A stretch of 64,000 nucleotides of DNA from positions 64,001-128,000 of the forward strand of contig CAXXIN010000001.1 in NCBI GenBank assembly GCA_963665275.2. Direction: 5' to 3'. The notes under the pieces were generated by a model that saw nothing but the letters and a program-made list of their open reading frames with translations, searched no databases and was not told where the DNA came from. Shown here piece by piece: positions 57,278 to 64,000 of this stretch; the first letter of the stretch is position 1, and each line of letters opens with the position of its first letter. This DNA comes from Negativicutes bacterium (lineage in GTDB: Bacteria; Bacillota; Negativicutes; UBA1444). Position numbers and translations under genes: made by a program.

Positions 57278-58564
57278 ATGAAATTGAAAAAGGACCCATT
57301 GAAAAACACCGCAGGACTCATCGCACTACTTATTTGCACGCTAGTTTTCGTTCCTGCACAGGCAAGCGGCATCCTCATGTACGAGATGGGAACACCAGGC
57401 GTGGGACTCGGGAGCGCTGGTTATGCAGCGGGTGCATCGGATGCATCAACAGTTTATTACAATCCTGCCGGAATGATGCGCCTGGGGAAATCGGAATACC
57501 TGATCGGAGCCCAGGCCTTGTCGGCCTCCATGAAATTCCAGCCGGCCGCCGGCAGTGCAGCTGCGGGGAGTGGCGGAGAATATCCCCTTGGCTGGCTTCC
57601 AGGCGGCAGCTATTTTTATGTAGGTTCAACCAGCTCCAATACGAAAGTCGGCTTTGGCGTCTTCAACAATTTCGGGGCGGTCGCGAACTATCAGAAGGAT
57701 TCGGCGGAGCGTTACGCTCTGATGGAGGGCGCGTTGGTTGGCATCACCTTTATGCCGGCCATCGCCCATCGCTTCAGTGACCAGTGGTCCGTGGGCGCCG
57801 CACTGAACGCGACCAATGGAATACTGCGCAAAAAGTCGGCCCTCAGCAATGGAGAACGGGACACCGACGGCACTATGGAAATGAATGACAATAAATGGGG
57901 TTTCGGCGGGAATCTTGGCTTCCTGTACGAACCGAACAAACAAACTCGGATCGGTTTGACCTATAATTCAGCAGTCAATTTTAATTTCTCGACCACGCCT
58001 TCCTATTCAAACCTCGGGACAGGGCTGGAAGACCTTCTCCGTCGTTCTGGATTACTGGACCGGTCTATCGACCAGTCGGTGAAGATTCCCCAGCAGGTGA
58101 TGCTCGGATTTTCCCGGGATCTGGATTCCCGCTGGACCTTGCTGGGTGATGTGGGCTGGCAGAATTGGGCTAATTTTGGCTACAAGGAAGTCACGGTCAA
58201 TCCCAACCGTTTGCTTATTTCCGATCCGACTACGCTGACCCGGGAGCTGAAGGGACAGGATACCTGGCACGCGGCGCTCGGTGCGAAGTACAAAGCTTCC
58301 CCGAAGTGGACCCTGACCTTCGGCGTCGGTTATGATACCAGCGCATTCGACGATGCCAACCGCCCGGCGCTGATGCCGATCGGTGCTTCCTGGCGGGTCG
58401 GCGTGGGCGCGAGCACCGCGATCAATCCCACGAGCACGCTCAACTTCGGCTATGAGGCTCTCTTCACTGGAGATCTGCAACTGCAACAGCAGGGCGTCAC
58501 CTCCGGCAGCTACGCGCAAGGTGTAATGCACTTCTTTACAGTCAACTATCAGCGCAAGTTCTAA
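57278..58564 (+). CDS. FadL/OMPP1/TodX family outer-membrane transporter
   Basis: Signal peptide; AG.AA.ASDASTVYYNPAGM hatch motif; amphipathic strands; terminal Phe. Confidence 0.88.
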   Translation: MKLKKDPLKNTAGLIALLICTLVFVPAQASGILMYEMGTPGVGLGSAGYAAGASDASTVYYNPAGMMRLGKSEYLIGAQALSASMKFQPAAGSAAAGSGGEYPLGWLPGGSYFYVGSTSSNTKVGFGVFNNFGAVANYQKDSAERYALMEGALVGITFMPAIAHRFSDQWSVGAALNATNGILRKKSALSNGERDTDGTMEMNDNKWGFGGNLGFLYEPNKQTRIGLTYNSAVNFNFSTTPSYSNLGTGLEDLLRRSGLLDRSIDQSVKIPQQVMLGFSRDLDSRWTLLGDVGWQNWANFGYKEVTVNPNRLLISDPTTLTRELKGQDTWHAALGAKYKASPKWTLTFGVGYDTSAFDDANRPALMPIGASWRVGVGASTAINPTSTLNFGYEALFTGDLQLQQQGVTSGSYAQGVMHFFTVNYQRKF

Positions 58565-58608
58565 CAACTATATCCACCGAGAAATAAAAAAATAAAGGGG
58601 TAGAAAAA

Positions 58609-59247
58609 ATGAACAAACACGTTAAGTCTGGTATTGTCCTGATGGTAGCGGCGCTGCTGCTATGTACCCTGGTTCCCGCAATGGCTGCGGCGCCGGAAAG
58701 TCTCCCATCCGCGGATGGGATCGTAGCGAGTGAAGCCGCTGAAATGCAGTTCACCGTAGTATCCGTGGGCGTGGTTGAACGACCAGCCGACCCGGCGATG
58801 ATGGACGGATCGGCGGGAATGACCAGAAGTACGCGCGAAGTGGTTTTGGAAGATAAAGACGGTAATAAGAAAACGATTACACTCGGTAAAGAAGTGAAAA
58901 ATTTTGATCAGATCAAAAAAGGCGATATTGTTACCATCGCCCTGAAGTCCCAAGTTGCTGTTTTCATCGGGAAAATGGGTCTGGTTCCAGGCGCTGGTCA
59001 GTCCAAAATGGTTTTTTCAGCACCGAAGGGGATGAAACCAGGTGCATTGGAAGTAGAGAAACAGTTTATTACCCTGACGATCACCAACCTTGACGCAGAC
59101 AAGAAAGAAGTGACTGTGCGCATGCCTGATAACTCCATCAAGAAGATCAACACACCGAATTTGAATTTTGCGGCAGTCAAAGTCGGCGATGAAGTGATCG
59201 TAGGTGTAATGAATGAAACGAGCATTCAAGTAACTGCTCCACAATGA
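58609..59247 (+). CDS. Exported hypothetical protein with internal beta-rich duplication
   Basis: Signal peptide; two repeats NFDQIKKGDIV / NFAAVKVGDEV. Confidence 0.75.
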   Translation: MNKHVKSGIVLMVAALLLCTLVPAMAAAPESLPSADGIVASEAAEMQFTVVSVGVVERPADPAMMDGSAGMTRSTREVVLEDKDGNKKTITLGKEVKNFDQIKKGDIVTIALKSQVAVFIGKMGLVPGAGQSKMVFSAPKGMKPGALEVEKQFITLTITNLDADKKEVTVRMPDNSIKKINTPNLNFAAVKVGDEVIVGVMNETSIQVTAPQ

Positions 59248-59350
59248 AATAGCTGGTCAAAAATTCCAGAAAGCAGGAATATGGTCGCAGCGATGTAGAA
59301 AATATATGTGCGGACTTAATGATTCGTAAAAATAGTGTGGAGGGATTCAA

Positions 59351-59875
59351 TTGAAACTAGTTGTCATGAGAAGTGTCGCGTTCCTTTTTGCCTTCGTATT
59401 GTTGCTGTCCTCAACCGGATTTTGCGCGCCCCAATCCTTGATGAGTGAGCAGGACAAGCAGACGATCCTGCAACAATCCGCCGTTCAACCGCCAGAAAAC
59501 GCCAAAGTGAGCGACGTATGGCTGGAACCGTCCGACATGGCATTGGAAACGAGAACTGTTCAGGCCTCTATCGGTGAATACCTCCGCATCGTGTTGGTAA
59601 GCCCGCCAAATAAAAATAGAGAATGGCAATATGTTGACGATAAGCCGCGCTTTCTTGAAAAATTGCACTCGCAACAGCTTGAATTTTCTCCCAATAGGTC
59701 AGCTGCTGAGCAGCAAACCGTAAGTTTGTTCCTATTCAAGGTTCGAAACAATGCAGCTGGCGATGACCGTTTGACATTTGTGCAGTATCAGATGTCAGAG
59801 GGGGAAAAAACGGCTGTAAGCATGCTGGACATCGGAGTAAGGTATTTTAACCCGGAGCTTCAGAAAAAACTTTAA
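59351..59875 (+). CDS. Exported hypothetical protein (weak chagasin/I42-like resemblance)
   Basis: Signal peptide; GGAGGG RBS; beta-rich C-terminus. Confidence 0.6.
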   Translation: MKLVVMRSVAFLFAFVLLLSSTGFCAPQSLMSEQDKQTILQQSAVQPPENAKVSDVWLEPSDMALETRTVQASIGEYLRIVLVSPPNKNREWQYVDDKPRFLEKLHSQQLEFSPNRSAAEQQTVSLFLFKVRNNAAGDDRLTFVQYQMSEGEKTAVSMLDIGVRYFNPELQKKL

Positions 59876-60011
59876 TTACGTGACAACTCAGTAATTTGGG
59901 AACCAAGGAGATAGTGAAGAAACCTGACCCCGAAACCATTACAGGCTGTTTCAAGCTGCGGCAAGAAATAAAACAAATGGATTCCGAAAACGCGAAAAGA
60001 GGCGAAGGCGT

Positions 60012-60398
60012 ATGGAGGAATTATTTAACTGGCTGGTTGAGCGGGTGATAGGGCGTGTCGACGGACCGTTCAATTTCAGGTTTTATTTGCAACCCTTCAT
60101 GGCGATCATTCTTGCGGTTCGGGATGGAGGAGCCGATGCGAAAGCAGGGCGAGTGCCTTTTTTTTGGGCGCTGTTCACAGAGCCTGAAAATCGCGGGAAA
60201 CGAATCAGGGAAGGCTGGAAATCGGTACACAGAGTTTTTTGGTTCGCCATTGCAATCGATTTGGCCTATCAATTCATGGAAATGCCGCAGATCCGGCCGC
60301 TAGGGGCAATCCTCGTTGCCATCTTCCTGTCTATCATCCCGTATCTGCTGATTCGGGGACCAGTCAATAGGATCCTGACGGCTGTCAATAGGAGGTAG
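60012..60398 (+). CDS. Conserved small membrane protein
   Basis: Three hydrophobic segments; GPFNFRFYLQP and PYLLIRGPVNR. Confidence 0.72.
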   Translation: MEELFNWLVERVIGRVDGPFNFRFYLQPFMAIILAVRDGGADAKAGRVPFFWALFTEPENRGKRIREGWKSVHRVFWFAIAIDLAYQFMEMPQIRPLGAILVAIFLSIIPYLLIRGPVNRILTAVNRR

Positions 60399-60402
60399 AA
60401 GA

Positions 60403-61704
60403 GTGAATAAACATTTCTTTGACTGGCGTACCCGTTACCGGATCAGGAATTTTTTACGCAGTTCGTTTTGCCTTATTCCTGTTTTAGCCATTGTTGCTGC
60501 GATTGTAGCGGCCCCGATGATTCGACATATCGATGAAATCACACGGTGGAGCTTAATTGAGATAAGCCCGGATGCGGCCCGTTCGATGATTGGTACGCTG
60601 CCATCGGCATTGCTCGCGCTTATTGTTTTTTCTCTGAGTATTCTTCTGCTTGCGGTCCAGATGATGAGCAGCCAGTTCTCTCCAAGGGTCATCGGCCGCT
60701 TCTTTGAAAATCGCATGTTGAAATGGATATTGGGAATCTTCGTTTTTTCGCATACGTATTCCATTTTCGCATTAGGGAGGATTGAAGAACGGGTGCCGGT
60801 GCTTCCCATTTTGGTGGCGTTAACTTTGAATCTGATCTGCCTGGCGGTGTTTCTTTACATGATCCAGTTTGTCGGCAGGGGATTTCGCGCCATCAAAATC
60901 CTGACCGGTATTGCCGCTGACACGAAACAGGTGATCCTGACGCTGTTTCCCCATCCATTTTCGATAGACAAGGCAACGGTGGTAGAAGGAAAAGTGGATT
61001 GGGGTCATCCCTGCCGAGTCATCCGGAATCAGGAGCCATCCGGCGTTTTTGTCGCCTTCGACCAAGTGGGACTGGTCGCGTTGGCGACCCAGCACGACTG
61101 CGTGCTGGAATTGGCGGCGGCGGTGGGGGAATTCGTCGCTGAGGAGCAGCCGTTGTTCCGTGTATACGGCGCCGGAGGCGCCAATATCGATGCAAAGAAA
61201 CTGCAAAGCTCTGTAGCGCTCAACTTGGAACGGACTTTGGAGCAGGACCCTGACTTTGGCTTCCGCATGATTGTCGACATAGCCGCCAAAGCGCTATCGC
61301 CTGCTATCAATGATCCGACGACTGGAGTTTTGGCCATCGACCAGCTGCAGCATCTGCTGGGACAACTCGGAAACAGACAGCTGAACGAAGGGTTCGCCAA
61401 AGATGCGGCGGGGACGATTCGATTGGTTTTTCCGTTTTGCAGCTGGGAGGACTTTGTCGTGCTGGCCGTCACCGAAATTCGCCATTATGGGGGTCTGAAT
61501 CCGCAGGTGACCCGGCGTCTGCAGGCTATGTACGGTTATCTGTTGAATGTTTTGCCTGAGCCGCGCAAGGCTGCGATCCGGCGGGAAGTATTGTTGTTGC
61601 GGCAAACAGTCGAACAGTGCTACCCCAACCAGCAAGACCGTGAAATTGCCGCAACTGCCGATTTGCAGGGGTTTGGTCCAAGCCGGCGCGAAATCGGCGA
61701 ATAG
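60403..61704 (+). CDS. DUF2254-like membrane protein
   Basis: Four N-terminal TM helices; SSQFSPR, RTLEQD..FG and DIAAKALSPAINDPTT motifs. Confidence 0.82.
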   Translation: MNKHFFDWRTRYRIRNFLRSSFCLIPVLAIVAAIVAAPMIRHIDEITRWSLIEISPDAARSMIGTLPSALLALIVFSLSILLLAVQMMSSQFSPRVIGRFFENRMLKWILGIFVFSHTYSIFALGRIEERVPVLPILVALTLNLICLAVFLYMIQFVGRGFRAIKILTGIAADTKQVILTLFPHPFSIDKATVVEGKVDWGHPCRVIRNQEPSGVFVAFDQVGLVALATQHDCVLELAAAVGEFVAEEQPLFRVYGAGGANIDAKKLQSSVALNLERTLEQDPDFGFRMIVDIAAKALSPAINDPTTGVLAIDQLQHLLGQLGNRQLNEGFAKDAAGTIRLVFPFCSWEDFVVLAVTEIRHYGGLNPQVTRRLQAMYGYLLNVLPEPRKAAIRREVLLLRQTVEQCYPNQQDREIAATADLQGFGPSRREIGE

Positions 61705-61864
61705 TTTGGACCCTTTGGACTTGTTGAACTTACACCCTCTGTTGCGTCGATTTCTTATACAATGATGATAATGCAGTACTGAATTATTGGGGATAAAATA
61801 TAATAAGTTGACATGTCTGGTCAAAGCAAACTGCGTATCTCGCATTGAAAGGAAGTGCGCGAAT

Positions 61865-64000
61865 ATGACCAACGAACATAAACGGCTTGAAGAGGCCCGC
61901 AAGGGCTCGGCTAACTGGAAGAAATGGGGACCGTATCTGAGTGAACGACAATGGGGAACCGTGCGCGAGGACTATAGCGCAGAAGGTGATGCCTGGAACT
62001 ACTTCACGCATGATCATGCCCGTTCCCGGGCATATCGCTGGGGTGAAGATGGCCTCGCCGGAATTTCTGATGATAAGCAATTGACTTGCTTTGCGCTTGC
62101 CCTTTGGAACGGGAAGGATGCCATCCTGAAAGAGCGGCTTTTCGGTCTCACCAACAGCGAAGCCAACCACGGTGAGGACGTGAAAGAGTACTATTTCTAT
62201 CTTGACAGCACGCCGACCCACTCCTATATGAAATATCTCTACAAGTATCCCCAGGCAGCTTTTCCCTATGAAGACCTCGTGAAAACAAACAAGAGCCGCA
62301 CGCGAAAAGAAATGGAGTTCGAGCTCCTGGACACCGGCGTATTCAACGAGGACCGCTATTTTGACGTCTTCGTGGAGTATGCCAAGGCAAGTCCGCAGGA
62401 TGTTCTGGTGAAGATCACTGCCTTCAACCGGGGACCGGAAGAGGCTGAACTGCATCTCTTGCCGACCCTGTGGTTCCGAAACAACTGGGCCTTGTGGACG
62501 GCAGCGCCAGCGGAGAAACCGATGCTCAGCCAGATTGCTCATCCGGCGGGTGCAAGCGTAGTGAAGATAGTGCATCCCAAAATGGGGGAAGCTGTTTTCT
62601 ATGCGGAAGGGGATGCGAATCTTCTCTTTACCGATAACGAGACGAACTACGAACGTCTGTTTCCCGATTCGCCCAACGCCAGAACTAGGTATGTGAAAGA
62701 CGGCATCAACGATTGTGTGATTCATGGTCAAACGGAAAAGGTCAACCATGAAAAGACCGGCACGAAGGTATCGGCCCACTATCGACGCATGATTGCGTCC
62801 GGACAGTCGGTGACGGTGCAATTGCGCATCAGAAATGCAGCGCTGAGCGGATCGGCGGTCTTCGGACCCGAATTTGACGCAATCTTTGCCACACGGCTCC
62901 AGGAAGCGGATGAGTTTTACAAGTCAGTGACGCCTCCTTCGGTATCTGCGGATCAAGCCGCCGTGATGCGTCAGGCCTTGGCGGGAATGCTATGGAGCAA
63001 ACAATTCTACTATTTTGACGGAGATCTATGGCTGAAAGAGCATCTCGCCCATCCCTTCCAGCATGGCAGCCGCAGATCGCGGAACTTCGAATGGTTTCAC
63101 ATGCTGAACGAACACATCATTTCCATGCCCGACAAATGGGAGTATCCTTGGTATGCGGCCTGGGATCTGGCTTTCCACACGTTGCCACTCTCCATCGTGG
63201 ATCCTGACTTTGCCAAGGAACAGCTGGAAATTATGCTTCGCGGAGCCTATCTGCATCCCAGCGGACAAATTCCTGCTTACGAGTGGAATTTCAGCGACGT
63301 GAATCCGCCGGTCCACGCATTTGCAACCATGTTTTTGAATCGGACAGAGCTGGCTCTGCACGGTGAATCGGATATTGAATTCCTCAAGGAGTCATTCAAC
63401 AAACTGATGCTGAACTTCACCTGGTGGGTGAACCGCAAGGATCGTTTCGGCAAGAATGTGTTCGAGGGAGGGTTCCTCGGTCTCGACAATATCGGTGTTT
63501 TCGACCGCAGCGCTCCGCTTCCTACAGGCGGCCATCTCGAACAGGCGGACGGCACGGCCTGGATGGCTCTCTTCAGCCAGAATATGATGGAACTCGCTAT
63601 CGAAATTGCCACCCATGATAAACACTATGAAGACATGGTCGTCAAGTTCGCGGAACACTTCGCCTATATTGCCGCTGGCATGAATCGCCCCGGCGAGGAC
63701 AGCATGTGGGACGAGGAAGACGGCTTCTACTACGACCTTTTGCGGCGTCCCGACGGCAGCTTCCAACGACTGAAGGTGCGTTCCATGGTCGGCCTTCTGC
63801 CGCTGTGCGCGACAACTGTGATTGAAGCGAGTCAGCGGGAAAAGATTCCGAATGCCATGAACGAACTTTTTGGCCGTTTGCGCCGGATTCCCGAACTGCT
63901 GGATTCGATCCATCCCACGGGCCCGGGACACTTGGGCGTAGCGGAAAGGGGAATCCTGGCCCTTGTTAACCCGATGAGACTCCGCAGGATCCTGTCAAAA
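61865..64000 (+). CDS. MGH1-like (GH63-related) glycoside hydrolase, 3'-truncated by the window edge
   Basis: Not in the ORF track because it has no stop in the window. Reads MTNEHKRL...WKKWGPYLSERQWGTVREDYS...SMPDKWEYPWYAAWDLAFH...GGFLGLDNIGVFDR. Confidence 0.88.
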   Translation, partial: MTNEHKRLEEARKGSANWKKWGPYLSERQWGTVREDYSAEGDAWNYFTHDHARSRAYRWGEDGLAGISDDKQLTCFALALWNGKDAILKERLFGLTNSEANHGEDVKEYYFYLDSTPTHSYMKYLYKYPQAAFPYEDLVKTNKSRTRKEMEFELLDTGVFNEDRYFDVFVEYAKASPQDVLVKITAFNRGPEEAELHLLPTLWFRNNWALWTAAPAEKPMLSQIAHPAGASVVKIVHPKMGEAVFYAEGDANLLFTDNETNYERLFPDSPNARTRYVKDGINDCVIHGQTEKVNHEKTGTKVSAHYRRMIASGQSVTVQLRIRNAALSGSAVFGPEFDAIFATRLQEADEFYKSVTPPSVSADQAAVMRQALAGMLWSKQFYYFDGDLWLKEHLAHPFQHGSRRSRNFEWFHMLNEHIISMPDKWEYPWYAAWDLAFHTLPLSIVDPDFAKEQLEIMLRGAYLHPSGQIPAYEWNFSDVNPPVHAFATMFLNRTELALHGESDIEFLKESFNKLMLNFTWWVNRKDRFGKNVFEGGFLGLDNIGVFDRSAPLPTGGHLEQADGTAWMALFSQNMMELAIEIATHDKHYEDMVVKFAEHFAYIAAGMNRPGEDSMWDEEDGFYYDLLRRPDGSFQRLKVRSMVGLLPLCATTVIEASQREKIPNAMNELFGRLRRIPELLDSIHPTGPGHLGVAERGILALVNPMRLRRILSK

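Noticed and set aside
61784-62821. 345-aa minus-strand ORF
   Set aside because: Antisense shadow of the plus-strand MGH1-like glycosidase, which carries the recognisable motifs.
1-64000. CRISPR array, rRNA or tRNA genes
   Set aside because: No regularly spaced repeat-spacer series, rRNA-like stretch or cloverleaf was seen by eye; not confirmed computationally.

Overview
The window comes from a diderm, spore-forming Bacillota, most likely a Negativicutes (Sporomusaceae-like): abrB, yaaT and yabE sit alongside a FadL-type outer-membrane barrel. It has three parts. (1) 1-~17.3 kb is the right-hand part of an integrated phage-satellite-like element, left end outside the window. It carries Cro/Xis-type HTHs, an initiator with a lambda-O-like C-terminus and internal iterons, a T7 gp4/Twinkle-type primase-helicase, a lone 1028-aa tape-measure-like protein, RinA-like genes, a sequence closely resembling the lambda cos site, HicAB, a second Xre/Xis switch and a tyrosine integrase ending next to the pstS Pho-box promoter. 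No capsid, portal or terminase gene is visible. (2) 17.4-46.9 kb is host backbone: pstSCA, two chemoreceptors (one with a structured leader, one with Pho-like boxes), mgtA, T-box-controlled alaR-alaT, a partial tad locus, a CoA-transferase/lyase/DASS/IclR cluster and the conserved yaaO-tmk-yaaR-holB-yaaT-yabB-rsmI-abrB-metG-tatD-yabE block, plus two copies of a palindromic MITE-like repeat. (3) 46.9-64 kb is an accessory island with a Ser-type sulfatase and its radical-SAM maturase, FadL, YSC84-like, DUF2092-like and DUF2254-like proteins, an MGH1-like glycosidase and a sensor kinase. Three sigma-54 promoters there each lie 160-163 bp from a long palindrome built of 13-bp repeats, and the kinase's adjacent response regulator is a decayed remnant. 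Family assignments are from motif recognition only; no database searches were run.
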